Assembly (NCBI RefSeq): GCF_018350175.1
Contig: NC_058368.1
Location: 123,940,001 to 124,004,000, forward strand
Source of the DNA: Felis catus
Lineage: Eukaryota
Length of the DNA: 64,000 bases
Direction of reading: 5' to 3'
Below, in pieces: positions 36,901 to 50,213 of the stretch. The position numbers and the translations under genes were made by a program. A model generated the notes under the pieces. That model saw nothing but the letters and a program-made list of their open reading frames with translations, made no database searches and had not been told where the DNA came from. Position 1 is the first letter of the stretch. Every line of letters begins with the position of its first letter.

Positions 36901-39889
36901 CAATTTTGTTTATTTTTTCAAAAAACCAACTCTTGGTTTCGTTGATCTGCTCTACAGTTTTTTTAGATTCTATATTGTTTATTTCTGCTCTGATCTTTAT
37001 TATTTCTCTTCTTCTGCTGGGTTTAGGCTGCCTTTGCTGTTCTGCTTCTAGTTCCTTTAGGTGTGCTGTTAGATTTTGTATTTGGGATTTTTTTGTTTCT
37101 TGAGATAGGCCTGGATTGCAATGTATTTTCCTCTCAGGACTGCCTTCGCTGCGTCCCAAAGCGTTTGGATTGTTGTATTTTCATTTTCGTTTGTTTCCAT
37201 ATATTTTTTAATTTCTTCTCTAATTGCCTGGTTGACCCACTCATTCGTTAGTAGGGTGTTCTTTAACCTCCATGCTTTTGGAGGTTTTCCAGACTTTTTT
37301 CTGTGGTTGATTTCAAGCTTCATAGCATTGTGGTCTGAAAGTATGCATGGTATAATTTCAATTCTTGTAAACTTATGAAGGGCTGTTTTGTGACCCAGTA
37401 TATGATCTATCTTGGAGAATGTTCCATGTGCACTCGAGAAGAAAGTATATTCTGTTGCTTTGGGATGTAGAGTTCTAAATATATCTGTCAGGTCCATCTG
37501 ATCCAATGTCTCATTCAGGGCCCTTGTTTCTTTATTGACCATGTGTCTAGATGATCTATCCATTTCTGTAAGTGGGTGTTAAAGTCCCCTGCAATTACCA
37601 TATTCTTATCAATAAGGTTGCTTATGTTTATGAGTAATTGTTTTATATATTTGGGGGCTCCGGTATTCGGCGCATAGACATTTATAATTGTTAGCTCTTC
37701 CTGATGGATAGACCCTGTAACTATTATATAATGTCCTTCTTCATCTCTTGTTACAGCCTTTAATTTAAAGTCTAGTTTGTCTGATATAAGTATGGCTACT
37801 CCAGCTTTCTTTTGGCTTCCAGTCGCATGATAAATAGTTCTCCATCCCCTCACTCTCAATCTAAAGGTGTCCTCAGGTCTAAAATGAGTCTCTTGTAGAC
37901 AGCAAATAGATGGGTCTTGTTTTTTTTATCCATTCTGATACCCTATGTCTTTTGGTTGGCGCATTTAATCCATTTACATTCAGTGTTATTATAGAAAGAT
38001 ACGGGTTTAGAGTCATTGTGATGTCTGTATGTTTTATGCTTGTAGTGATGTCTCTGGGACTTTGTCTCACAGGGTCTCCCTTAGGATCTCTTGTAGGGCT
38101 GGTTTAGTAGTGACAAATTCCTTCAGTTTTTGTTTGTTTGGGAAGACCTTTATCTCTCCTTCTATTCTAAATGACAGACTTGCTGGATAAAGGATTCTTG
38201 GCTGCATATTTTTTCTGTCTAGCACCCTGAAAATCTCGTGCCATTTCTTTCTGGCCTGCCAAGTTTCAAAAGAGAGATCAGTCACGAGTCTTATAGGTCT
38301 CCCTTTATATGTGAGGGCACGTTTACCCCTTGCTGCTTTCAGAATTTTCTCTTTATCCTTGTATTTTGCCAGTTTCACTATGATACGTCGTGCAGAAGAT
38401 CGATTCAAGTTACGTCTGAAGGGAGTTCTCTGTGCCTCTTGGATTTCAATGCCTTTTTCCTTTCCCAGTTCAGGGAAGTTCTCAGCTATTATTTCTTCAA
38501 GTACCCCTTCAGCACCTTTCCCTCTCTCTTCCTCCTCTGGGATACCAATTATGCGTATATTATTTCTTTTTAGTGTATCACTTAGTTCTCTAATTTTCCC
38601 CTCATACTCCTGGATTTTTTTTATCTCTCTTTTTCTCAGCTTCCTCTTTTTCCATAACTTTATCTTCTAGCTCACCTATTCTCTCCTCTGCCTCTTCAAG
38701 CCGAGCTGTGGTGGTTTCCATTTTGTTATGCATTTCGTTTAAAGCGTTTTTCAGCTCCTCGTGACTGCTCCTTAGTCCCTTGATCTCTGTAGCAAGAGAT
38801 TCTCTGCTGTCCTGTATACTGTTTTCAAGCCCAGCGATTAATTTTATGACTATTATTCTAAATTCACTTTCTGTTATATTATTTAAATCCTTTTTGATCA
38901 GCTCATTAGCTGTTGTTATTTCCTGGAGATTCTTCTGAGGGGAATTCTTCCGCTTGGTCATTTTGGATAGTCCCTGGCGTGGTGAGGACCTGCAGGGCAC
39001 TTCCCCTGTGCTGTGGTGTATAACTGGAGTTGGTGGGCGGGGCCGCAGTCAGACCCGATGTCTGCCCCCAGCCCACCGCTGGGGCCACAGTCAGACTGGT
39101 GTGTGCCTTCTCTTCCCCTCTCCTAGGGGCGGGATTCACTGTGGGGTGGTGTGGCCCGTCTGGGCTACTTGCACACTGCCAGGCTTGTGGTGCTGGGGAT
39201 CTGGCATATTAGCTGGGGTGGGTAGGCAAGGTGCAGAGGGGCAGGAGGGGCAGGCTTAGATCGCTTCTCCTTAGGTGATCCACTTCAGGAGGGGCCCTGT
39301 GGCAGCGGGAGGGAGTCAGATCCGCTGCCGGAGGTTTGGCTCCGCAGAAGCACAGAGTTGGGTGTTTGCGTGGAGCGAGCAAGTTCCCTGGCAGGAACTG
39401 GTTCCCTTTGGGATTTTGGCTGGGGGATGGGCGGGGGAGATGGCACTGGCGAGCGCCTTTGTTCCCTGCCAAACTGAGCTCTGTCGTCCGGGGGCTCAGC
39501 AGCTCTCCCTCCCTTTGTCCTCCAGCCTTCCCGCTTTCCGAGCAGAGCTGCTAACTTATGTCCTCCCAGACGCTAAGTCACGCTTGTTGTCGGAACACAG
39601 TCTGTCAGGCCCCTCCGCTTTTGCCAGCCAGACTCGGGGGCTCTGCTTGGCCGGCGAGCCGCCCCTCCGCCCCGGCTCCCTCCCGCCAGTCCGTGGAGCG
39701 CGCACCGCCTCACCGCCCTTCCTACCCTCTTCCGTGGGACTCTCGTCTGCATTTGGCTCCGGCGACTCCGTTCTGCTAATCCTCTGGCGGTTTTCTGGGT
39801 TATTTAGGCAGGTGTAGGTGGAATCTAAGTGATCAGCAGGACGTGCGGTGAGCCCAGCGTCCTCCTAAGCCGCCATCTTGCCGGAACTC
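33935..39889 (-). mobile_element. L1-C: full-length (~5955 bp) young L1 with six 1-nt homopolymer frameshifts
   Basis: ORF1 ATG 38961, ORF2 ATG 38016, stop 34191; YY1 motif 39869-39879; TSD ctgtttggatgtt at 33922-33934 and 39890-39902, followed by TTTT/AA. Confidence 0.96.
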
Positions 39890-40169
39890 CTGTTTGGATG
39901 TTTTTAATGAGGGCCACTTCCAGCTAGAGGAAGCAAGAGAGGAGAGAGTATAGTGATATAGACCATAGTGCTTTAATATTATTTGGTTTTGTAGGTTTCC
40001 TGTAAATCCTTTGCCCAACTTGGAAGTTGTATATTTGTCTTTCATACCACTAGAGAATTGTCAGGGTTCCTGACATGTGGAAGTAGGATATGGGATTATT
40101 AGGTTGTTGTTTGTTTTTACAGTGTAAATATTAAATATTTAATATGTAATATTAACACTACACAAGCAA

Positions 40170-41140
40170 TGGGTCAGTTAAGAAATCAAATGGCAAATCA
40201 AAATATGTTTCAAAACAAAAGAAAAAGAAAACATAATATTCCAAAACCTATGGGATGCACCAAAAGCAGATGTTAGAGTGAAACTTAAGTTATAAATGCT
40301 TGTATTAAGAAAAAAAGTTGGGGCGCCTGGGTGGCTCAGTAGGTTGAGCATCCAATCTTGGCTCAGGTCATGATTTCACGGTTCATGAGTTTCAGCCCTG
40401 TGTCGGGCTCTGTGCTGATAGCTCGGAGGCTGGAGCCTGCTTCAGATTCTGTGTCTCCCTCTCTCTGACCCTTCCCCGTTCATGCTTTGTCTCTGTCTCA
40501 AAAATAAATACACATTAAAAAAAAAAGTTAAACAACTTAACATGAGACTGCAGAGAGCTAGAAAAAGAAAAAACTTAGCTGAAACTTAGTGGAGGAAGGA
40601 AATAACAAAAAACAGAGACTAGAATAAACAGTTACATAACGTTAAAAGTAATGACCAGTTTTTCAAAAAAAATCCCTGCAAAATTGGCAATGTTTTAATT
40701 CTATTAACTAGGATAAAAAGATTCAAAATTGAAAAGAAATGGAAGAGAAGACGGTAGATAACCACAGAAATACATAGTGTGATAACAGATTATTATATAC
40801 ATTTAAATACAAATCAGATAATTTAGGAAAATAAAACAGATAATTCCTAAAAACACACCAGTTACCATGATTGAATCATGAATCTTGAATCCAAGAAATA
40901 GGAAATCTTCTTAGACCAATAAAAAGAATGAAGCTGAATTAAGAATCAAAACTCCAGCATGGAAAAGCCCAAGACCTTATAGTTATATTGGTGAATTCTA
41001 CCAAATATTAAAAAAAATTAATGATACTCTTTATCAAAGTTTTACAAATAATAGAATAGAAGGAACACTTTCAGAATCATTCCATGAAACCAGTACTATC
41101 CTGATACCAAAACAGGATAAAAACGATACAAGAACAAAAT
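40170..41140 (+). mobile_element. Old L1 ORF2 fragment (+), interrupted by a SINE
   Basis: aaaacctatgggatgcaccaaaagcag, aaaagcccaagacc..ggtgaattctacc and ccctgataccaaaac are degenerate ORF2 motifs. Confidence 0.75.
40320..40526 (+). mobile_element. CanSINE
   Basis: Full head and body; flanked by aaaaaagtt. Confidence 0.92.
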
Positions 41141-41142
41141 CT

Positions 41143-41485
41143 AGTTTGTCCCATGTCAGTATTGGTACTCCAGCTTTCTTTCCTTTGACATCCGTTTGCG
41201 TGATAAATGTTCCTCCATTCCCTCACTCTGACCTGCAGATGTCTTTAGGTCTAAAATGAGTCTCAGGGCACCTGGTTGGCTCAGTTTATTAAGTGCTAGA
41301 CTCTTGATTTTGGTTCCGGTCATGATCTCAAAATTGATGAGATCAATCCCCCCTACCATAATCTGCGCTGACAGCATGGAGCTTGTTTGGGATTCTCCCT
41401 CTCCCTCTCTCTCTGCCCCTCTCTCCTCATGCTCTGTCTCTCAGAATAAATAAACGCTAAAAAAAATAAAATGAGTATCTTGTAG
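41143..41485 (-). mobile_element. Small L1 endonuclease-region fragment containing a + strand CanSINE (41265-41466)
   Basis: actccagctttc...ggtctaaaatgagtctc|SINE|aaaatgagtatcttgtag matches the L1 EN region; TSD taaaatgagt. Confidence 0.75.
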
Positions 41486-41575
41486 GCTATAAGGTTGTTG
41501 AAGTAAGTTGCAGTAGTAGTGACCTGTCAGGGTAATTGTTTAATCCTGGGAAGCCATCAAGATATCATGAGTTTT

Positions 41576-41955
41576 GGGGTGTCTGGGTGACTCAGTCATT
41601 TAAGTGTGTGACTTGATTTCGGCCTAGGTCAGGCTGTGTACTGAGTGTGGATGATGCTTAAGATTCTCTCTGTTTCCTGAGGCACCTGGGTGGCTTAGTT
41701 AGTTAAGCGTCCAACGGTTGGTTTTGGCTCAGGTCATGGTATCATGGTTTGTGAGTTCCAGCCCCAAGTTGGGGTGCAGAGCCTGCTTGGGATTCTCTCT
41801 CACTCCCTCGCTTTCTGCCCCTCCCCCACTCATGCTGTCTCTGTCTGATAAGTAAATGAAAAGACTTAAAAAAAAGATTTTCTCTCTCTCTCCCTCTTTC
41901 CCTTTCCTCTGCTTGCCTGCACTCTCTCTCTCTCAAATAAAAAAATAAAAATTAA
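41576..41955 (+). mobile_element. SINE nested in SINE (inner ~41679-41875)
   Basis: Two SINE heads; the outer CT tract resumes after the inner tail; degenerate TSD aagatt(t)ctctct. Confidence 0.75.
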
Positions 41956-42502
41956 AAGCAAATTTTAATTCCCATGTTCACCTTAAGTTCAAAGTAATTA
42001 TCTTGACAGAAGTTAAGAGATGCTTTTGCTGTTGTCAAGATGTATTTATTTTACATAAACTTTTAAATGTAGTGGTTTAATATAGAATATTCAGATTAAG
42101 AAAAGTTGATGAAATTGCTGCCTGCTGAAACCCCAGCAGAAGGCTAACTTTGCTTCCATCCTATGAACTACTTACATGCATGTGTACTTGAAATATCCAG
42201 AAAAGACAAACAGGTAAAAGATTCTGTGTTTATTTGCATAGATTACTATATCATCAGGAGAAACCTTGTTCTTTCAGGTGCTGAAAACCAATTTTTGTAA
42301 AGGAATTAAAATTTAGATGTATATAAAAGTAGAACATTGTTTTGTGGTGAAATCTTGAAGAAGCTAGATTGAAACAGCCACCAACTTTAGCATTAGATCT
42401 CTGAATGTTTAGGCAAATGAAATGAAATCAGGTAATGAAAAATGCTATCTACAAGAAGGTAAGCATGCAATTTACAAGTATTTTTTGTAGCTCTTTTTTT
42501 TT

Positions 42503-42726
42503 CTTTTTAAAAAAAAATTTTTTTTTTAACATTTATTTATTTTTGAGACAGAGACAGAGCATGAATGGGGGAGGGGCAGAGAGAGAGGGAGACACAGAAT
42601 CGGAAGCAGGCTCCAGGCTCTGAGCCATCAGCCCAGAGCCTGACGCGGGGCTCGAACTCACGGACTGCGAGATCGTGACCTGAGCCGAAGTCGGACGCTC
42701 AACCGACTGAGCCACCCAGGCGCCCC
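42503..42726 (-). mobile_element. Young felid SINE
   Basis: TSD gtagctcttttttttt. Confidence 0.94.
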
Positions 42727-43009
42727 GTAGCTCTTTTTTTTTTTTTTTTTCATAGAAATAGATTTTTTATTATAGAAATGCATATGAAGCTAATGAGTGT
42801 ATCTATGCCAATACCTAAATATGCGCTTGGAAAAAAAAAACAACCCTTAAATGCAGGTAAAAAGGAAGAAAGAAATGATCTGAAATTTTGGCCCCCAGAT
42901 TAAGCCACCATTGGGAGTATGTTGACTGAGATGTTTTAGATTTCTGCATATATTCCTACATACATAACTGTATTCCAATGGCGTATTATATACATGTTTT
43001 TAAAAATTT

Positions 43010-43195
43010 TTTATTGAAGTATAGTTGACATACAATGTTAAATTAGTTTCACATATACACCATAGTGATTCTACAAGTTTATACATTGTTATGTTCACAT
43101 CTGTCACCATACAATGCTATTGCAATACAATTTACTATATTCCCTATGCTGCACCTTTTATTACTGTGACTTATTCATTCCATAACTGGAAAGCT
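43010..43195 (-). mobile_element. Older L1 3'UTR fragment (similar pieces at ~30150-30320 and ~58680-58870)
   Basis: ttgaagtatagttgaca...tatattccctatgctg...cataactggaa motif shared by the copies. Confidence 0.7.
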
Positions 43196-43308
43196 TGTAC
43201 ATGTTCCTTTTTATCACAGCTATGTGTCTTGCTTTTCCTTTGTTTACCTACCGTCCACATCCTTTTAACAATCTTAAATAGAATCTTGTTAAAATGCATA
43301 TCGCTTTT

Positions 43309-43442
43309 GGTGTGCCTGGGTGAATCACTTGGTTAAGTGGCAGACTTGGTTTTGCCCCAGGTCATGATCTCATGATTCGTGAGATCAAGCCCAGCCTCTG
43401 GCTCTCTGCTGACAGTGTGGAGCCAGCTTGGGATCCTCTCAG

Positions 43443-43479
<37 letters not shown>

Positions 43480-43528
43480 TTCTTTCTCTCTCTCTCTCTT
43501 TCTCTCTCTCTCTTTCTCTCTCTCTCTT

Positions 43529-43595
<67 letters not shown>

Positions 43596-43651
43596 GCCCC
43601 TTCCCAGCTCATGGTTTCTCTTTCTCTGTCAAAAAAAAAAAAAAAAAAAAA
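43309..43651 (+). mobile_element. CanSINE with ~150-bp (CT)n expansion
   Basis: SINE head, CT microsatellite, long A tail. Confidence 0.9.
43443..43594. repeat. (CT)n/(CTTT) microsatellite
   Basis: Seen directly. Confidence 0.97.
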
Positions 43652-45516
43652 AGCATGTTGCTTTTAATGATAGTCATAGAAACCCTCCTAAGTCAACTAT
43701 TATAATCTTATTCTTTGCAAAATTCAGTGGAAAAAATTCATGTTAACTGATTTTAAAATGTCACATGGTAACTTCACACCTTACAATTGAAAACATTTAG
43801 TTCCCTTTCTCATTCATCATTTAACTCAGTATCTATCATGAGTATTTAGCCTTTCCCCTTCCCTCGTGCAACCTCCCTCACACTTCTTCCCTTCCCATTC
43901 TCCTAATAGTTACACTTTTTGCTTAAAAATCTAAATTCGTTTTTTATATCTGCATGGCTATGTATGCATCGTTCTCATTTGAGACATAAAATATGTTATG
44001 GTTACATTTCTTTGTTATTTTATACAGTATGCTCTGTTATGTTCTCTTCTGTTTTGGTTTTAGTACACTTGCTGCTCTCTTGGCTCGCATCCCAAGAATT
44101 AATAACTTCACCTCTTCTTCATTCCTGTTCAGTTTTCCATGGATCCCATGTTTTCTCTGTCTTAATTTTTTTTCACCCCCCCCTCACTTGGGTAGAATCA
44201 GTTTTCTTTCATCTTGAGAAAGGAAGAATAGGACATAAATTTGAGATATTACAAGTGTCTTTGCCTTCATGCTTAATAGTTTAAGAATAAAATTTCAGGT
44301 TGGAAATAATTTCCTCCACAGACTTCATATTGCCTTATTGTACATGAAATTCTAATGAGTTCTGGTCCTTTGTGTATGACTATTTTTCTGAATTCTTCTA
44401 AAGTTTTAGGATCTCATTTTGTCTTCTGAATACTGAAAATTTAATGATTACGTACCTTGATGTGGGACTTTTTATTTATTGTGTAAGATACCTAATGAGC
44501 CTGTTAAATCTGAAATACATATTCTGCACTTTTGAGAAATTTCCTTGTGTTATTTTTTTCTCTGAGGATTGTTAGTTTTATTTGAAGGTTATTTCTGTTG
44601 TTACTTAGAGTTTTTTCTTTCCTGTGTTTTCTGTGTTTTTTATTTTTAATTTTCATTGTTTATTACTTTAATTTTCAGAAGTTTAAGAGTCAAAAAATTA
44701 GGGAACATTATAACATGTATCCTAGTATTTACCACTGATTTAGCATTTTTCTTCAGATTTCCTTTTAATGAAGTAGAATATGACAGATGAAACTGAAATC
44801 CTCTTTAGTCTCTCTTGAATATTGTTCTTTGTATCTGTTCTCTCTTTCAAGAAACAAATATAATGTATGTAGTAACTTTTCAGTTTTTAATTTTTAAATA
44901 CACATAAGTACTTATAAATAAGTACTACTTTGTATTTTATGCACAAATGCTTTGTTTTACTGTGCTTGCAGTTTTTGACATTTTGAGGTCTGTCCATGTT
45001 GATATATACAGAACTGATTTAATTTTGTATCATGTTCCATTACCTGAATATGTCACAATTTTTACTCCATTTTATTCATTGACCATTTGTGTTGAACACT
45101 GTGAACTGCCTGTTTATATCCTTTGCCTATTTTTTTTTTAACTGGATCACTTGTCCTTCATTTCTAGGATTTCATTACATAATTTGTGTATTGATTAATT
45201 GTTGGCTACATTAGGTTATAAATATTTTGTGTTGTATGTCTTCTCTTTTATTTATGCTTATATTGTACATAAATTTTCAGTTTTGAGAAAATGTATCAAT
45301 CTTTTCTTAGGTTATTTTACTTTCTGTGTTGTAAGAAAACTTTCTATATCTAGTTTACAAAGATATTCAAAATTTTCTTCCAAAATCCTTAAGTTTTACT
45401 TGTTCTGTTTAGATTTTAAATTTATCTGGAACGTAATGGTGTATATTGGTGGTCTACCTTAATGTTTGCTTCCAAAAAGAAAGGTCATTTGTCCCAACAC
45501 TTCTTTTGAAGGTTTC

Positions 45517-45965
45517 TGTATTAGTTTCCTAATGCTGCTGTAACAAAGCACCACAGCTGGGTGGTTTAAAACAATAAAAATTGATTCTCTTAGAGTTTTA
45601 GTGGCTACAAGTCTGAAATCAAGGTGTTAGCAGAGCCATGCGGTCTCTGAAGCCTCTAGCGGAGAATCTGTTCCATGCCTTTCCCTTAGCTTTTGGTGGT
45701 GGCAGTTGATCCCTGGTATTTCTTGACTGAAAGCTCTTTAATTCTAAACTCTGCCTCCACTGTAACAAGGTTTTCTCCCTTTGTGTGTCTGGGTCTCTGC
45801 ATCTACTCTTATAAAGATACCAGTCATATTGGATTAAGAGCCCACCCTACTCCAGTATGATAACTCAACCAGTTATATCTGCAACAACCTTACTTCTAAA
45901 TCAGGTCATAATCTGAAGTTCTAGGAAGGACATGGATTTTGGGCAGACACTGTTCAACCCAGTAG
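45517..45965 (-). mobile_element. MaLR MLT1-type solo LTR
   Basis: tgtattagtttcct..gctgctgtaacaaa..accaca...aagtctgaaatcaaggtgt...gacactgttcaaccca. Confidence 0.85.
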
Positions 45966-46157
45966 AGTCTGCATCTGTGTTCTCTTTTGGTTTCCACTGC
46001 TCTGTATGTCTATCCATGCACAAATAGAGCTCTATTAATTCTATGGGCTTATTGTAAGTTTTATTATCTGCTAGGATGATTCCCTCTTCATTGTTATTCT
46101 TTCAGAATCATATACTTGACCTTATTTTTCCAGATAAAAATTTAGTATCTGTATTAA

Positions 46158-46628
46158 TTAAAAAAATTTTTTTTAATGTTTATTTATATTTGAGAGAGGG
46201 AGAGAGAGAGAGACAGTGTGAACAGGGGTGGCAGTGCAATGTGGGCAGAGAGAGATGGAGACACAGAATCTGAAGTAGGCTCCAGGCTCTGAGCTGTCAC
46301 AGGCTGAGGTGGGGCTCAAACTCACAAACTGTGATATCATGACCTGAGCCGAAGTTGGGACACTTAACCGACAGAGACACCCAGGTGCCCCTTAAAGTTT
46401 TTTTTTATTATTATTTAACAAATTAAAAAAAAAATATTCATTTTTGAGAGAGAAACTGAGTGCGAGTCGGGGAGGGGCAGAGAGAGAGAGGGAGACACAG
46501 AATCTGAAGCAGGCTCCAGGCTCTGAGCTGTCAGCCCAGAGCCCGATGAGGGGATTGAACCCACTAACCGCGAGATCATGAACTGAGCCAAAGTCAGACA
46601 TTTAACTGACTGATCCCCCAGGTGCCCC
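46158..46628 (-). mobile_element. Two head-to-tail CanSINEs inside one TSD pair
   Basis: TSD tagtatctgtatt at 46143-46155 and 46630-46642. Confidence 0.88.
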
Positions 46629-46719
46629 TAGTATCTGTATTTACATTCAGAAAAATCTTACTGCCATTTTGATAAAACTGCAGTAAATTTATGTATTAAC
46701 TTGGAAGGAAAGTGTCTTT

Positions 46720-46920
46720 GGGGCACATAGGTAGCTCAGTCAGTTGAACATCTGGCTCTTGGTTTTGGGTCACGTCATGTTCTCACAGTTTATGAGATTG
46801 AGCCTGGCATCAGGCACTGCTCTGACAACAGGGAGCTTGTTTGGAATTCTCTTTTTCCCTTTCTCTCTCTGCCCCTCACCCACTCACAAGTTCATTCTCT
46901 GTCTAAACTTTTTAAAAAAG
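46720..46920 (+). mobile_element. Older CanSINE
   Basis: Degenerate head and body. Confidence 0.82.
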
Positions 46921-47069
46921 TATCTTTACTGTAGTTAGTTTTTCCATATATGGGCCTGGTTATCTCCTGTTTATTTATAATTTTTCCATAAAGGTGTCAC
47001 ATATCTTTTGAATATTTAACTCTAGTAATTATGTTTTCTTGGTTGAGACTATTAATGCTGTTTGGAAAG

Positions 47070-47530
47070 TTTTTGTTTTAATGTTTGTTTATTTTTTTTA
47101 TTTTATTTTTTTTTTTAAATTTTTTTTTCCCAACGTTTATTTATTTTTGGGACAGAGAGAGACAGAGCATGAACGGGGGAGGGGCAGAGAGAGAGGGAGA
47201 CACAGAATCAGAAACAGGCTCCAGGCTCCGAGCCATCAGCCCAGAGCCTGACGCGGGGCTCGAACTCACGGACCGCGAGATCGTGACCTGGCTGAAGTCA
47301 AACGCTTAACCGACTGCGCCACCCAGGCGCCCCAATGTTTGTTTATTTTTGAGAGACGGAGACAGAGTGTGAGGGGGGAGGGGCAGAGAGAGAGACAGAA
47401 AGAGACCGAATCCAAAGCAGGCTCCAAGCTGTCAGCACAAGAGCCTGATACAGGGCTTGAATTTAGGGATTGCGAGACCATGACCTGAGCTGAAGTCAGA
47501 TGCTTAATGGACTGAGCCACCCAAGTGCTC
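47070..47530 (-). mobile_element. Young felid SINE (~47097-47333) inserted in the tail of an older SINE
   Basis: Inner TSD aatgtttgtttattttt; outer flanks gctgttt(g/t)gaaa. Confidence 0.88.
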
Positions 47531-48454
47531 TGACGCTGTTTTGAAATTAATACTCTGATGAATTTGTTAAGTAATCAGGAAATACGGTCAATATGAAAGT
47601 CTATAACATATTTAAAAAAAATAAATGGCCAGTCCCTCTAAACCACAATTACAACAGAACAGTAAATAATTAAATAATGTTTACTCTGCTTATGTTTTCA
47701 TATCCTATTCCTTCTAACTTGTCTTCCTTGCTTGTTATACTCAACACAAACAGTAACACCTTAGCAGGCTGAATTATATTTAAGCTGCTGCCAGACATCA
47801 TTTCAACCACTCAGAATCTTAAATTTTTTTAAAACACTTATTATGGATTCAGTAACTATGATGTAAAACTGGCTGAGCTCTAAGACCCATCGCAGGCAGC
47901 AGACCAATTTCTCTCCTTTCCCTTGTCTGCCCCTGCCACGCTTGGGTGCCCCTGGCCCAGGCTGGGTTCATTTTTGAGTTGGCCTGGTCCATGCTTAGTT
48001 TGTTCAGGAGTACAGCCATGGACAAGCCCCAGAAGTGGCATCACTGCTTCATGTCAGGGTCCAGAACTTAAACTTGGAGTTTAGTGTGACCCCCAGACTC
48101 CTTTCCATGAAGGAAAGGAATGCTGCCCCATGAAGATCCTGGATGTTGGCCACCAAGCCAGAGCCTGACGACCTGTGCCGAGCACCAAATCTAGGTGTCT
48201 GCCTGGGGAGCCTTTCTTACTGGAGCCGGCTGGGCCAAAGTCTTGCCCAAAGTCTTGGGTTGTCCTTGTCTGCTTTTTTTGTATTTGAGTGGACCATTAA
48301 AAATGCTGGTAGGAAATCAACTTTATGTGCATGGACACAGCATGTTGAGTGCTTGGCTCCTCTATCAAGTAATGGGGCCAGGGCCAGGCTGTTTTGTTGG
48401 GGAGAGCAGTTTCCCTAGAGAGGAATTAGCTAGTGTTTGTCAAGAGGATTTATG

Positions 48455-48675
48455 TTTTTATTTATTTTTATTATTATTATTTTTTTAAGTTTATTTATTT
48501 TGAGAGGGCAAGCAGTGGAGGGGCAGAGAGAGAGAGAGAGGGAGAGAGAGAATCCCAAGCAGGCTCCTTGCTGACAGCATGGAGTCTGATGTGGGGCTTG
48601 AACTTAATGAACCACGAGATCATGACCTGAGCTGAAACCAAGAATCAGACACTTAATTGACCCACCCAGGCGCCC
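48455..48675 (-). mobile_element. CanSINE
   Basis: SINE body ending ccaggcgcccc. Confidence 0.88.
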
Positions 48676-48760
48676 CTAAGATTTAAGTTTTTTAAACTCT
48701 GTTTCCTATTTAATTTTCCTCTTTTGTCATTCCCTCCTCTTTATCTCATTGTATGACACA

Positions 48761-48919
48761 ATGGGGCAGAGACAGGAAGAGACACAGAATCTGAAGCAGC
48801 CTCCAGGCACTGAGCTGTCAATACAGAGCCTCATGTGGGGCTCGAACTCACAAACTCTGAGATCGTGACCTGAGTCAGTTAAGTCTGTCGCTTAACTGAC
48901 TGAGCCACCCAGGCACCCC
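48761..48919 (-). mobile_element. Tail-less CanSINE
   Basis: Flanked by gtatgacaca/gtatggcaca. Confidence 0.82.
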
Positions 48920-49049
48920 AGTATGGCACAGATCTTATGTTGCCTTTGCTGATTTTTTTCATTACCCTTTTTTGAATGATTTGAATTAGTCCTAGATGAG
49001 CTATTTATGTAAGGGAGTATCAGGTGCTCTTTTCCCCCAAAGGAACTGT

Positions 49050-49900
49050 TCTTCTTTATGTGTGTTTTAAAACATGCTGTTTTGTGTGCCTGTTTTTTCT
49101 ATGCGTGTATTTTTAACTTAGAAAAATGTAATTGAGGTAAAGATCTCATTCTTTCCCACCCTACCACTATGCTTAAGACTTACTTGTAATGGATCATTGA
49201 TTTCATTGTTTGTAACTACTGCAAGGTATTTAATACCCTTTGTCTTCAAGTTTTATTTACACCCCAACCCCACTCCCATAATGGACCCTGAGAATACATC
49301 TTATCACCCTCCACTACCACAAAGGTGAACATTTCTGTACATATCCCTTCATAGACTGGAGTGAGAATGTCTTTGGGTAATGGACACAGGAGAGGAATTA
49401 GAGGGTCATGGGTGTATGTGTACTTAATTTGACTGAATACTTAATAATTGCTCTCTAGAATAACTATGTCAGTGTATACTCCCATCAGTTGGATATAAAG
49501 GTTTTTATATCTCCATTGATATTTGATACTATTCAGTCTTCTAAATTTAGCCAGCCTATTGGGTATAAAGTAAAATCTCATTGTTTTAAATACATTTATC
49601 TGATTAACAGCTGAAGTATCTCTTCATATGTTTGGTAATATTTTAGGTTTCTCCTGTAAGTTGCCTCTTCATGTTTTTAGCCCATTTTTCTTTTATGCAT
49701 GCTCTGTTTCTCTTATTGATTGGCAGGCATTCCTCCTGTATTTTAGATTTTGTGCTCTTCTGATTTATACATGGCCAATATTTCCTTCCATACTGTAATC
49801 TGTCATCTTTGTCCGTGATGCGTCTTACTGTTGAAAAATTTTGTTGTGAGGTCATTGAACTAATTTTTTTTACTTTCTGATATGCTTTTGCAGTTTTGAT
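49050..49900 (-). mobile_element. Old L1M ORF2 3' remnant
   Basis: Degenerate ORF 49643-49855 (KWAKNMKRQLT) resembles ORF2. Confidence 0.6.
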
Positions 49901-50213
49901 TAAACTCTGTCACCTCAGCGTTAGGAGTAACCACCTGTTACTGTTAGAGTTTTTTACTTTTTACATTTAGCTTTTAATCATCTGACTCTATCCTTTAGAA
50001 AAAAAATTCATGGTAACTATTTCAGTGACAAATCAGAACATTGTGTATTCAGTATGAGTGAATACAGGATTCACAAAAGATCTTTGCATTTGGGCTTTTG
50101 TGGTCAACCCAGACCATGGGTCTATAGCAGTTAAAATGAAGTGTTTTTTTTTTTTTTAATTGTGGTACAATAAACATACAACGTAAAATTTGTCATTTTA
50201 ACCATGATATTTT

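Noticed and set aside
43372..43746. SL-repeat ORFs
   Set aside because: Translations of the (CT)n microsatellite.
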